In this document: piece by piece, positions 44,842 to 54,253 of the stretch
Layout: each line of letters opens with the position of its first letter
Position numbering within the stretch: the stretch's first letter is position 1
NCBI GenBank assembly: GCA_048883065.1
Contig: JBHLQZ010000001.1
Span: 1 to 54,936 of the forward strand
Direction of reading: 5' to 3'
DNA from: Candidatus Thorarchaeota archaeon
Lineage (GTDB): Archaea > Asgardarchaeota > Heimdallarchaeia > Heimdallarchaeales > Heimdallarchaeaceae
Length of the DNA stretch: 54,936 bases
The notes under the pieces: generated by a model
The model's database searches: none
Told to the model about the DNA's origin: nothing
Seen by the model: only the letters and a program-made list of their open reading frames with translations
Position numbers and translations under genes: made by a program

Positions 44842-45744
44842 TTATAATTTCAAATCTTCTTCTCCAATTTTTACAGGTTCTTTTTCTAGACTTACTCCTT
44901 CGCTTAAAAGCAAATCTTCAACATAGTATACTTTACCGTTAACAGAAGTATTTGGTCCAAGCTTCACAACTCTACCCTTAATATTTTTTTCAACTGCAAT
45001 ATCTTGAACATCAATTTCATTTTGTGCAACAATACTTCCTATAACACGAACTAGTTTTTTCCTTTTTCTGAAAAACCAAGATTCAAAAACTGTTCTTCTT
45101 CCTTCAACAATAAGATTTTCACAAAGGATGTTTTTTTCTATTGTTGCTTTACCTGCAATTTTTATTGTGTTTTGCGATAATAAGTTTCCATAAATACCAG
45201 AAGCTCCACTTAAACTAATACCTTTGTCAGCTTGAGTGTTTTTATCCGTCCTATATGAACCTGAAGCTGAAAGTTTTCCTTTTATTACTAATTCTCCATA
45301 AATTTTAGAAGAACCACTAAATGTTGCGTTACCGTCTCCTTCAATGTTTTTATCACACTTAAAAGCTCCTGAGCATCTAATATCTCCACGAGCTACAATA
45401 TTTCCAAAAGATTTTACTGATCCAGAACACTTGAGTGATTTACATTCAACATCTCCATTAATTTTGCCTGAACCAGAAATACGTATATCTCTCATTACTT
45501 TCCCTCCAGCAATAGTTGCTGATCCTGCAATTGTTACAGCATCACTAGAAATTGTTTTTGAGCCGGAAACTCGCATTTCGGGTGCTTCTTTAAGAAGTTC
45601 TATATCCTCTCTAATTTTTTCTAACTTTGAATTATAACGTTCCTTCAATTCTACATAACTTGATTTATCAATCTCACCATTATCATATCGTTTTTCTAGA
45701 AGATCTAATAGCTCTCTATACATTTTAATTTCATTCTGGCTCAT
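44842..45744 (-). CDS. SHOCT-like N-terminal domain fused to a bactofilin-like (polymer-forming) beta-helix
   Basis: N-terminal YRELLDLLEKRYDNGEIDKSSYVELKERY is SHOCT-like. About six repeats of ~18 residues each start with S/C-G-S/A (RISGSGKINGDVECKSLK / CSGSVKSFGNIVARGDIR / CSGAFKCDKNIEGDGNATF / SGSSKIYGELVIKGKLSA / SGSYRTDKNTQADKGISL / SGASGIYGNLLSQNTIKI). Confidence 0.65.
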   Translation of the reverse strand: MSQNEIKMYRELLDLLEKRYDNGEIDKSSYVELKERYNSKLEKIREDIELLKEAPEMRVSGSKTISSDAVTIAGSATIAGGKVMRDIRISGSGKINGDVECKSLKCSGSVKSFGNIVARGDIRCSGAFKCDKNIEGDGNATFSGSSKIYGELVIKGKLSASGSYRTDKNTQADKGISLSGASGIYGNLLSQNTIKIAGKATIEKNILCENLIVEGRRTVFESWFFRKRKKLVRVIGSIVAQNEIDVQDIAVEKNIKGRVVKLGPNTSVNGKVYYVEDLLLSEGVSLEKEPVKIGEEDLKL

Positions 45745-45893
45745 ATTACCATCTCATAATTACATTAAATACCGCTTTATATATTCTTTTTTTTAATTAA
45801 TTAGGTAAGACTTTAAAGGCTCTAGTTTTAAGCTTTAACCTTTCAGTTTAAACCGACAATGATTTAAGTAAGCAATATAATTTTTAATAGTAA

Positions 45894-46325
45894 ATGAGTT
45901 CAAAAAAAGAAGAGCTTCAAGTAGTTGATGTTATTTATTCTATTTTTAGGGATGCATCCCGTAGAAAGATTTTAACATTATTGAGTAATATGAAACTTAC
46001 TGCGGATGAACTAACAAAAGAATTACAAATTTCAAGACCAGCAGTGGAGAAGCATCTAAAACAAATGTTGGATATAGGTTTGATTGAAAGAAAAGCTGAT
46101 ACTTATCCAACTCTAAAGTACATTTACACTATACCTGAACCTGGCGTTGACTTGATTTCTAATGTTAAGGATTCAATAGATCAGTTCATAACATCTTTAA
46201 AAGAAGAATATACTAGAAAGTTGGAAAATGAAGAACAAATGTACCTACTAGGAATGTCTTCTAAAGAGAGATATGAAGCGATTAAAGAATCTTACACTTC
46301 AATTCTAGAGAAATTAAAGCAATAA
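45894..46325 (+). CDS. ArsR-family winged-helix regulator with a C-terminal coiled tail
   Basis: IFRDASRRKILTLLSNMKLTADELTKELQISRPAVEKHLKQMLDIGLIERK. Confidence 0.7.
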   Translation: MSSKKEELQVVDVIYSIFRDASRRKILTLLSNMKLTADELTKELQISRPAVEKHLKQMLDIGLIERKADTYPTLKYIYTIPEPGVDLISNVKDSIDQFITSLKEEYTRKLENEEQMYLLGMSSKERYEAIKESYTSILEKLKQ

Positions 46326-46346
46326 AGCGTTTTTGGATAGAATATT

Positions 46347-46838
46347 ATGCAAATTAAAACTAGAAAATTTTTATCGAAGAAAGAAAAAAAACAGTTACTA
46401 GTGAAATTAAATCAAGTTTATGGTGAAAGTGCTTATAATCTATTTCAAGTTAATTCCAACGTAGAAGAAGTAAAAACAGATAAAGGTATTTTCCTAATAA
46501 AAGAAGGAAAAGCTTCATTTTTTTTGTATGAAGAAATGTACATTCCGACAATTCATTATTTGAGGGGAGCAGGTTCTATTTTACCCAAAGTTATAGTTGA
46601 TATTGGGGCTATTCGATTTATAACAAATGGAGCTGATGTCATGGCACCAGGGATTGTTCATTTTGATAATAATATTAAACCAAATACAATAGTGTCAATT
46701 CATGAAGAAAAAGCTGAGTCCATTTTAGGTGTTGGTTTATCACTTCTCAGCTCTCAAGATTTCAAAAAAACTAAGAAAGGTAAAGTTGTAAAACTTCTTC
46801 ATTATCTTAAAGACGATATTTGGAATTTTCGCTTTTGA
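46347..46838 (+). CDS. PUA-domain RNA-binding protein (MCT-1/Tma20-like)
   Basis: N-terminal pre-PUA region followed by VIVDIGAIRFITNGADVMAPGIV...GVGLSLLSS...KGKVVKLLHYLKD. Confidence 0.65.
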   Translation: MQIKTRKFLSKKEKKQLLVKLNQVYGESAYNLFQVNSNVEEVKTDKGIFLIKEGKASFFLYEEMYIPTIHYLRGAGSILPKVIVDIGAIRFITNGADVMAPGIVHFDNNIKPNTIVSIHEEKAESILGVGLSLLSSQDFKKTKKGKVVKLLHYLKDDIWNFRF

Positions 46839-46841
46839 TTC

Positions 46842-48761
46842 TTATCTTAATCTTATTGTTGTACCATTTGGAGGTGCAAGACTTTCCCTTTTTGTAGTTT
46901 TGTAGACCCAAGATGCAAATTTTGTAACTTTGCTCTCCTCGCCATGTATTACTACCACTCTTTCAGGTTTTGGTGTTACTTTGTTTATATAATTCTCTAA
47001 CTCCTTTCTATCGCTATGTCCTGTAAAGCCAGTGATACTATGAACACCCATAGCAATATGGTACATTACTGTTTTTCCTTCTTCAACCATTTGAATTTCA
47101 GTTATACCTTTTTGGATTTTACTTCCTAAAGTGCCTTTTCCTTGATAACTCACGAAAATCAAAGAGTTATTTGGATCTTGACATAATGCTTTGAAATAAA
47201 GAACACTAGGTCCTCCATTAAGCATTCCACTGGTTGCAACTATTATTGCTGGGTCTCCTTGAATTATCAAATCCCTTTCTTCAGGTGATGCAACTTGATT
47301 TATTTGTTCTGCAAGAAAAGGATTCTCCCCTTCGTGAAAAATTCTCTCTCTCAGATTCTTTGATAAGAATTCAGGATGAGCAGTAGTTATTGCAGAAGCT
47401 TCTCTAATCATACCATCTGTATATATTGGAATGTTTGGTATTCTACCATCTCTCATCATCGCTTCTAAAATTACTAATATCTCTTGAGCTCTTCCTACGG
47501 CTAATACTGGAATAAGAACTTTACCTCCTTTTTGTATCGTGTCAAATACTATGTTTCTTAGTAAATCTTCACATTCGGTTCTGGAAGGAAGAATGTCTTG
47601 AGGTTTTCCATATGTAGATTCAATGAAAAGAGTTTCTAATCTAGGAAATCTTGAGTTAGCAGGATCTAAAAGATTTGATTTTGCATATTTTATGTCTTGA
47701 GCAAACGCGAGATTATAGATCCCTTCACCTATATGTAAGTGTGGAATTGCACTTCCAACTATATGCCCTGCGTTATGAAAAGTTAATCTTATGTCTGGTG
47801 AGATATCTGTGACTTCACCGTAATCTAAAACAATTGTGTGCAATACAGATTCACGAATATCATCTTGTTCATAAGGAAGAGTTTTTCCTTCTTTATTAGC
47901 TACATCTAAATAATCAATTTGAAGCATCGTCATTAAATCTCTTGTTGGTCGTGTAGCATAAATTGCGCCTTTGTAGCCATATTTAAAGAGATATGGAATA
48001 AAACCCGAATGATCTAAATGTGCATGGGAAACCACGACTGCATCTAATTCCTCTATGTCGAATTCTGGTAAATCAAATCTTGGAAAAGTATTGTTTGGTG
48101 TATTACTTCCTACATTGATTCCACAATCTACAAGTACTTTACTCTCTCCAGTTTGAACTAGTGCAGCACTCCTACCTACTTCAGCAAAACCTCCCAAAGC
48201 TGTTACTCTTATTGTGTCATCTCTGTAAATAACAGGCCTATGAATACGCTTTCCTATAATGCGAAGGATATCTTGCCTTTTCTTTGAATGTTTCTGATAT
48301 AGATGTCTAATAGTTTTTATCACTTTTGACTCAATAGGTGGTGTTCTCATTACTCGCGGTCGCCAAAGAGTCTTTGAAATTATGGTTCTTAACATATCAC
48401 CAGATTTTCCAATAATGACTCCTGGTTTTAGTGCTTCAATTACAACCTCACCAACTAGCTCATCAAAATCTATTGATGTAATCTCTCCTTCCTTACCTAC
48501 TAGTTCGTTTATTAGATACATTGTTTGATCTTTTGGTAGTCTTACATCTGGATCTGATCTAATTACAATCCTTTTTCTTAACTTCTTTGCAAGTTCTTTA
48601 ATTATTGTTTCATCATCAACTAAAACTTTTGGATTTCGGGAGTAAACAGCAACTTCAGGTCCTTCAAATTCAATTCTACTTATCTCAGAATTATCAGGTA
48701 ATTCCTCTTGTATGTCTGTAGAAATCTGTTCTAATACTTCTTTATAGCTCAATATGTCCAA
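46842..48761 (-). CDS. fttA: Archaeal CPSF1-type beta-CASP ribonuclease with N-terminal KH domains (aCPSF1 / termination factor FttA)
   Basis: N-terminal KH-like region (VIIGKSGDMLRTI), metallo-beta-lactamase motif VVSHAHLDHSG, beta-CASP blocks and the C-terminal VVIHGE. 639 aa. Confidence 0.9.
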   Translation of the reverse strand: MDILSYKEVLEQISTDIQEELPDNSEISRIEFEGPEVAVYSRNPKVLVDDETIIKELAKKLRKRIVIRSDPDVRLPKDQTMYLINELVGKEGEITSIDFDELVGEVVIEALKPGVIIGKSGDMLRTIISKTLWRPRVMRTPPIESKVIKTIRHLYQKHSKKRQDILRIIGKRIHRPVIYRDDTIRVTALGGFAEVGRSAALVQTGESKVLVDCGINVGSNTPNNTFPRFDLPEFDIEELDAVVVSHAHLDHSGFIPYLFKYGYKGAIYATRPTRDLMTMLQIDYLDVANKEGKTLPYEQDDIRESVLHTIVLDYGEVTDISPDIRLTFHNAGHIVGSAIPHLHIGEGIYNLAFAQDIKYAKSNLLDPANSRFPRLETLFIESTYGKPQDILPSRTECEDLLRNIVFDTIQKGGKVLIPVLAVGRAQEILVILEAMMRDGRIPNIPIYTDGMIREASAITTAHPEFLSKNLRERIFHEGENPFLAEQINQVASPEERDLIIQGDPAIIVATSGMLNGGPSVLYFKALCQDPNNSLIFVSYQGKGTLGSKIQKGITEIQMVEEGKTVMYHIAMGVHSITGFTGHSDRKELENYINKVTPKPERVVVIHGEESKVTKFASWVYKTTKRESLAPPNGTTIRLR

Positions 48762-48937
48762 CCCTTATTTTTATCATAGAACAAATATGCAACAGAATGA
48801 AGTCTCATATTTGTAAATAACGTTGATAAAACTAAATTAACGCTTCAAACTATACTTAAATATTTTTTGATATCTCTTGTTTTCACTAAATAATCAATTT
48901 CAGTATTAAATGCTTATATTTGGAGTTACTATGATCA

Positions 48938-49486
48938 TCAATCTCCATATCTTAGGTACCATCCTCTATCTCTTGGCTTGTGTTTTAATTCCTTAATTAA
49001 GATAGTATCCTTTTTTACATCTTGTATGTTTTTCGAGTTAATTCTCGAGACACCAACTCCATAATGAAGTTTACTTTTACCTACAACTATTAACAAATCT
49101 CCCTCTTCAAATGTCGTTTCGAAACTTTTTATGTTTTCTACGAAAATAGGCTTTCCATAAAGAAATTGTTCTGTTTTAATTTCTATGATTTTATCAGTAA
49201 ATGGCATTATTAAGTGAGCACCTTCAATTTCTAACTGAAATTTATTTTGAAAAATACTTCCTAATGGAATTCCCGATGAATAAATGGGTTTATCTACATT
49301 CTGAAGTAATTTACTTGTTTCTTCAGGAACTGCATATATCTCTATTATTTTTCCTTCCTTTGTCCATAAATGGTAATTGTCTAGTGGGTTAGTGGATTTT
49401 TTGTCAAGAAAATAATCAAAAGTTTCCTTAACAAGAATTTGTTCTTCATTAGTTGCTTTACGAAAAACTGGATTGATTTTTTTCAT
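48938..49486 (-). CDS. Nip7 homologue (UPF0113, PUA-domain ribosome-biogenesis-type RNA-binding protein)
   Basis: By-eye alignment to yeast Nip7: RKATNEEQILVKETF / RQLTEEETKVVFEKL; SGIPLGSIFQNKFQLEI / LGICLGKFTKTGKFRLHI; FLYGKPIF / FLYGNHVL; HYGVGVSR / PLGFGVSA; RDRGWYLRYGD / ADIGEYLRDED. Confidence 0.68.
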   Translation of the reverse strand: MKKINPVFRKATNEEQILVKETFDYFLDKKSTNPLDNYHLWTKEGKIIEIYAVPEETSKLLQNVDKPIYSSGIPLGSIFQNKFQLEIEGAHLIMPFTDKIIEIKTEQFLYGKPIFVENIKSFETTFEEGDLLIVVGKSKLHYGVGVSRINSKNIQDVKKDTILIKELKHKPRDRGWYLRYGD

Positions 49487-50448
49487 CTATTTTTCACCAT
49501 TTTTGCTATGAAGAATCCTTCTCCAGAAGTCTTGTGAGGATAGAGTCTTCTTGTTTTCAATACATCTTTGTGGAATTCATATTGTTGGAATTTTTCTAAC
49601 CCATTGTCTCCTTCGATATCAATCTCAACCAATTCAAGATCATAATTTTCTAAAACTCTAGAAATAACATATTCATTTTCTTCAGGTTCAAGCGAACAAG
49701 TACAATAAACAAGCTCTCCATTTGGTTTTAGTACTTCTAAGGAACTAGATAAAAGAGAGGTTTGATAATCATGATAATTCATTATGTCGTCTAGTGTTTT
49801 AGAAGACTTTCTTGTATAATCCGAGCTTATTACTCCAGATCCTGAACAAGGGGCATCTAAAAGAATTTTATCAAACTCTAAACCAAGTGTTGTTACTTCC
49901 CTTGTATCCATTTGAAAAATGGTAGTATTTTTAACTCCCATACGAGAGAGATTTGCTTTGAGACTTCTACATCTTTTCAAACTTAATTCCAAAGCAACTA
50001 TATTTCCTTCATTTTCCATCAATTGGGCTAGATGAGTGGTTTTTCCACCTGGTGCTGCTGCAAAATCACCTACAAGTTCATGTTTCTTGGGATTGAGTAT
50101 TAGAGAAGGGTACATTGAGTTTTTTCCTTGTAAGAAATAATATCCATTTAGATATTCAGGGGTTGCTCCAATGGGTATCAGTGAACTTGTAACTTCCTTT
50201 CCTTCTTCAATTCTAGGTATGTTTGTTAATTCTACTCCCTTATTTTTCAGTAATTTTGATGTCTTAAAATACGATGACCTTAAAGAATTCAACCTAATTG
50301 TTTTAGGTAATTTAGTTTCATAGAAATGAAGCAAATTAGTGGTTTCTTCCTCTCCAAGGATCTCAACATATCTTTCAATCATATAGGAAAGATAACCATA
50401 TTTTTCGCCAATACTATAAACACTAGCACTGGGCTGACTTGGCTTCAT
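49483..50448 (-). CDS. NOL1/NOP2/Sun (NSUN) family RNA cytosine-C5 methyltransferase
   Basis: SAM motif DFAAAPGGKTTHLA, motif IV LLDAPCSGSGV, motif VI YCTCSLEPEENE. 4-nt overlap with the downstream Nip7 gene. Confidence 0.87.
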   Translation of the reverse strand: MKPSQPSASVYSIGEKYGYLSYMIERYVEILGEEETTNLLHFYETKLPKTIRLNSLRSSYFKTSKLLKNKGVELTNIPRIEEGKEVTSSLIPIGATPEYLNGYYFLQGKNSMYPSLILNPKKHELVGDFAAAPGGKTTHLAQLMENEGNIVALELSLKRCRSLKANLSRMGVKNTTIFQMDTREVTTLGLEFDKILLDAPCSGSGVISSDYTRKSSKTLDDIMNYHDYQTSLLSSSLEVLKPNGELVYCTCSLEPEENEYVISRVLENYDLELVEIDIEGDNGLEKFQQYEFHKDVLKTRRLYPHKTSGEGFFIAKMVKNR

Positions 50449-50584
50449 TCTAAAATGTAATAATATACAATAATAATAATCATTGTGCTATCTTCATCTT
50501 TGAATAAGAATTAACTATGATTTATGATGAGAGAAGATAGAATCCCTTTAATATAAGCTAGTTTAGGATACAAAGGATATTGAA

Positions 50585-51652
50585 ATGTATGGTGTAATAA
50601 ACGAGTTTAAACATATAGAAATGCCACAGATGTTATCTCTTGGTACTAATATGTTTCTAAGCCTCCCTGAAATTATTGAAAGACTGACATTAGGAAAAAA
50701 GTGTCTTTTAATTACAGACAAATTTGTGGAAAACAAATATGGAAAACAAATCAAAGCAATATTGGAAGAAGGAAAAATTGAAACTGTTATATCAATTATT
50801 GAGGATAGTACTTTAGATGAAGTTGATAAACAATTGTCCATTTTAGAAGAAATAAGTTATGATTTTGTTATTGGTTTAGGTGGGGGAAAACCAATTGATG
50901 TAGCAAAATTAACGTCTTTTAAAGCTAATCAAAGATTTATCTCAATTCCAACAATTGCAAGTCATGATGGGATTGCAAGCTCGAGGGCATCTTTGAAAGG
51001 GATAGATGAAAGGCATTCAATACAAGCTAGACCTCCAATTGCAGTCGTAGCTGACACACAGATTCTTGATAACTCACCTTATCGTTATACTTGTGCAGGA
51101 TGTGGAGATATTCTCGCTAAAAAAACATCTCTTAAAGATTGGATGCTTTCACACAGAATTAGAAATGAACCAATATCACCAACTTCAGTCGCTCTTTCTG
51201 AAATGACAGTTAAGCTGATTTCTGAAAATGCTGATTTAATCAAAAGCCATTCTGAAGGTTATAGTCGTATTGTCATGAATTCATTAATTGGTAGTTCCTT
51301 AGCAATGTGTGTAGCAGGATCTTCTAGGCCTGGGAGTGGTTCAGAACATATGTTTAGTCACGCTCTAGATTCTATAGCAGAAACACCAGCTTTACATGGG
51401 GAACAATGTGCGATAGGTACTATATTAATGGCTTTTCTTCATGAGCTTGATTGGGAGAGTATTCGATCAGTAATGAATACTATAGGAATACCAACCACAG
51501 CAAAGGAAGCCGGATTAAAAGATGAAGAAATTATAGAAGCATTAAAAATAGCACACACAATAAGACCAGAAAGGTTCACTATTCTAGGAAAAGACGGATT
51601 AACACATGAAGCTGCAGTAAACGTAGCGGTAAAAACCAATGTAATAAATTAA
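50585..51652 (+). CDS. egsA: sn-Glycerol-1-phosphate dehydrogenase (archaeal lipid backbone synthesis)
   Basis: GLGGGKPIDVAKL, IPTIASHDGIAS, CGDILAK and GSGSEHMFSHAL...HGEQCA, the metal-binding His residues of the iron-ADH/G1PDH family. 355 aa. Confidence 0.85.
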   Translation: MYGVINEFKHIEMPQMLSLGTNMFLSLPEIIERLTLGKKCLLITDKFVENKYGKQIKAILEEGKIETVISIIEDSTLDEVDKQLSILEEISYDFVIGLGGGKPIDVAKLTSFKANQRFISIPTIASHDGIASSRASLKGIDERHSIQARPPIAVVADTQILDNSPYRYTCAGCGDILAKKTSLKDWMLSHRIRNEPISPTSVALSEMTVKLISENADLIKSHSEGYSRIVMNSLIGSSLAMCVAGSSRPGSGSEHMFSHALDSIAETPALHGEQCAIGTILMAFLHELDWESIRSVMNTIGIPTTAKEAGLKDEEIIEALKIAHTIRPERFTILGKDGLTHEAAVNVAVKTNVIN

Positions 51653-51700
51653 GTTATGTTTCCTAATATTAAAAAACAATTTCTGTAAAAATCCTTTGAA

Positions 51701-52132
51701 ATGATAATAACCTTGCTAGAGAAAAGTATTGCAAAAATCGGTTACACGTTCACACACATGGGAGGAACTGAAGTGTGTTCGAAATGTTCTCTAAGGAAAG
51801 TTTGTGTTGAAGCTCTTGAGAAAAATGTTTCCTATGAGGTACAGAAGATAGGCACAAAGGAGCATCGATGCTTAGTAGATGATCAAATAATGATTTTATG
51901 TGAGGTTGAAGAAACTAACAGTATCATCACCGTTGAAAACCAAAAATATCTGGAAAACATTATCATTAATAGAAAGCCACTAAATTGCAACGAAATATTT
52001 TGTGAAAATTATGAACACTGCATTAATCCTAGTTTTCATGAGCAATCAAAAGTAAAAATTCTAAAGATTTTGAATAAAGTAAATTGTCCTTTGGATTATA
52101 ATCTTGTTTTAGTGGAAGCTAAGAAAGCATAA
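51701..52132 (+). CDS. UPF0179-like Cys-rich protein
   Basis: IITLLEKSIAKIGYTFTHMGGTEVCSKCSLRKVCVEALEKNVSYEVQKIGTKEHRC resembles the UPF0179 N-terminal pattern as I recall it. 143 aa. Confidence 0.5.
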   Translation: MIITLLEKSIAKIGYTFTHMGGTEVCSKCSLRKVCVEALEKNVSYEVQKIGTKEHRCLVDDQIMILCEVEETNSIITVENQKYLENIIINRKPLNCNEIFCENYEHCINPSFHEQSKVKILKILNKVNCPLDYNLVLVEAKKA

Positions 52133-52148
52133 AGAAAAATAAATGCTT

Positions 52149-52853
52149 TTATTTCTTCTCTATTTCATAATCTTCAATAAATGTAACTTTGTTGTATTTA
52201 GTTGTTATCTCGCCCAAATCTCTTGTTACACCATTCCTAATAAATTGTATATATTCCATGAATCTAGTGTTTTTAGGCAGTTCTACAATAATAGTCTTAT
52301 CCTTAATTTCAATCTTTGTTGATGAGAAATCAACACCAGGGAGTCTTTTTTCTAACAAACAAATGAATTGTTCTTTGATGTCAGTTATTTTTTTAATAAC
52401 TTCAACGTCATAGATCAAATCATTTCCTGCTAAATCGTGATTAAAATCAACTTTCACTCTACTACTTGATACTTTAAGGATCCTCCCCATTTGTCCTCCA
52501 ATTTCAACTTTGGTATCTTCTTTTGGTTTTATTTGATGTCGTTGAAACTCTCTTCTTTGAATTAATCTTATTTTTGATCTATCTCGTAGACCAAATCCTT
52601 TCTTTGCTTCAACTTCAATAGTTTTGCTTTGCCCTTCTTTCATTCCTGCAATCTGATCTTCCAATCCCTCAGGAAGCCATTTTTTTCCAATTATCAGAGT
52701 GAAAGGTCTGTATATTACTTTCTCATCAAAAATACCTTCTTTTTTTGCTATACTCTCAGAAGTAGTGTCAAACACAACCTTGTCTTCTTTTGTTTTTCCA
52801 GTATAATTTATTTTTACCATGTCGCCTACATGAAGAGAAGCCATAAGATTCAA
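52149..52853 (-). CDS. Long-type archaeal FKBP peptidyl-prolyl cis-trans isomerase (SlyD-like, with IF insert and C-terminal domain)
   Basis: GDMVKINYTGKTKEDKVVFDTT...LIIGKKWLPEGLEDQIAGMKEGQSKTIEV...FNHDLAGNDLIYDVEV. Confidence 0.85.
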   Translation of the reverse strand: MNLMASLHVGDMVKINYTGKTKEDKVVFDTTSESIAKKEGIFDEKVIYRPFTLIIGKKWLPEGLEDQIAGMKEGQSKTIEVEAKKGFGLRDRSKIRLIQRREFQRHQIKPKEDTKVEIGGQMGRILKVSSSRVKVDFNHDLAGNDLIYDVEVIKKITDIKEQFICLLEKRLPGVDFSSTKIEIKDKTIIVELPKNTRFMEYIQFIRNGVTRDLGEITTKYNKVTFIEDYEIEKK

Positions 52854-52893
52854 CCTTTATTTTTTTTACACAAGTAAAAGATAAACATTAGCC

Positions 52894-53592
52894 TTATTTA
52901 AAATTCTGGTTTTCACTATGATTTCTATTTTGTAATTGCTCTAGCAATGAGTTAAAATTTGATTTTTTTCTACATTCTTCTATGTTTTCGGCGAATTCTT
53001 TTAATATCTTACATTTTTCCATTGCTAACTTCTTTGTTGAAGGAAAATGCATGAGTTCTGGTAATTTGAATAGTTTTTCATCAAAATGCTTTAGAGCTTT
53101 TTCTAGATCATATTTTCTTTCAGTACTGTAACTTATAGTACGATATAATCCCATCGCTCCTAACGCATCAAGCGCATCCGCATCTTTTAGGATTTTACCT
53201 TCTTTTGATGTTGGTTTGATATTTTTGCTGAATCTGTGGGAGAGAATAATATTACACACTTCTGGTATCATATCACTGAGGGAATGTTCTTTTAGAAATT
53301 CCGATGCAATTTCAGCGCTTAGTTCTGCATGACATCTTTCAGTTACTTCTTCTAGGGGTCTGCCAGTGTCATGAAAGAGTGCAGCAATAATTAGAATATC
53401 CAATTTCGCATTAAGTTCAAATCCAAGATTCATACAAGTGTGAGTAACGCGAATTGTATGTTCAAGAGAATGTGATTTTTTACTTCCAGATACTAGAAAT
53501 TGTTGTAAAATAAACTGATAGACTTTTACTAAGATACTATTAAATTCTTGATAATTTGAAAAAAATTGTAAATACTCCTCTAGATTTTTCAT
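52894..53592 (-). CDS. HD-domain phosphohydrolase
   Basis: HSLEHTIRV...AALFHDTGR...DADALDALG. Confidence 0.8.
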   Translation of the reverse strand: MKNLEEYLQFFSNYQEFNSILVKVYQFILQQFLVSGSKKSHSLEHTIRVTHTCMNLGFELNAKLDILIIAALFHDTGRPLEEVTERCHAELSAEIASEFLKEHSLSDMIPEVCNIILSHRFSKNIKPTSKEGKILKDADALDALGAMGLYRTISYSTERKYDLEKALKHFDEKLFKLPELMHFPSTKKLAMEKCKILKEFAENIEECRKKSNFNSLLEQLQNRNHSENQNFK

Positions 53593-53595
53593 CTA

Positions 53596-54246
53596 TTACT
53601 TCATCTCATAAATATTATATATTTCTCCTTTAACCTTAAATTCCTCATCTATTTCTATAATCGCAAAATTCCCTCTGGTGATTGGTCCTGGATTGATGAT
53701 TTTGCATTTCTTATAAGTAGAGATTGTAGGAGATTCATGTATATGTCCAGAAATAACTAAAAATATATTAGGAAATTTTTCAATGGTTTTTGTTATTTCA
53801 CGAGAACCTCCATGTCTGTTAAAAGAAACTAAGTCAGCTTTTGTTCCATAAGGTGGGGCATGAGTTAGTAAACAGACTCTTTTTTTAATTCTTTTCAGCT
53901 CAAAGAGAAGTTTATAATTAACTTGAGGTTTGTGTGATCCAAAGCCTACTACTGCAAAAGAACCAATTTCTTCTACAGAAGATTCTATATGTTTTGCAGA
54001 GGTATTTAGTGCTTCTAAATTGATGTCTGGATCACAGTTACCAAGTACAAAAAAAGTCTGAAAATCAAAATTAGTGATTACCTCTAATGCTTCTCTCATA
54101 TCTTCAATTGAGCCAAAATTAGTTATGTCTCCTGCTATTAAACAAATCTTAGGGGGATTAAGTAAATTTTGAACAATGTTTAGGATGTTTATCAACGTGA
54201 TATTTTGACTATGAATGTCGGAAAGAATCAATATTTTTGTACTCAT
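53596..54246 (-). CDS. Calcineurin-like metallophosphoesterase (YfcE/MJ0936-type)
   Basis: LSDIHS, AGDITNFG, LGNCD, LTHAPP and SGHIHE motifs in canonical order. Confidence 0.85.
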   Translation of the reverse strand: MSTKILILSDIHSQNITLINILNIVQNLLNPPKICLIAGDITNFGSIEDMREALEVITNFDFQTFFVLGNCDPDINLEALNTSAKHIESSVEEIGSFAVVGFGSHKPQVNYKLLFELKRIKKRVCLLTHAPPYGTKADLVSFNRHGGSREITKTIEKFPNIFLVISGHIHESPTISTYKKCKIINPGPITRGNFAIIEIDEEFKVKGEIYNIYEMK

Positions 54247-54253
54247 ATAAACA

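Noticed and set aside
50524-50530. ATGATGA (C-box-like) in the intergenic region upstream of egsA; possible C/D-box sRNA.
   Set aside because: There is no CTGA D box within the following ~80 nt, no C'/D' pair and no terminal stem.
1631-52877. About 35 ORFs of 60-125 aa in the supplied track that lie antisense to, or out of frame within, well-supported genes. Examples are 1631-1870, 3765-3959, 8475-8687, 8931-9191, 10542-10919, 18198-18542, 23615-23917, 29382-29741, 32969-33271, 34810-35082, 45344-45637, 50563-50841 and 52629-52877.
   Set aside because: Each is fully embedded in a longer ORF that has clear family motifs. Their translations are low-complexity (runs of S, F, I, L) as expected for shadow frames in AT-rich DNA. 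None has a start context or a motif of its own.
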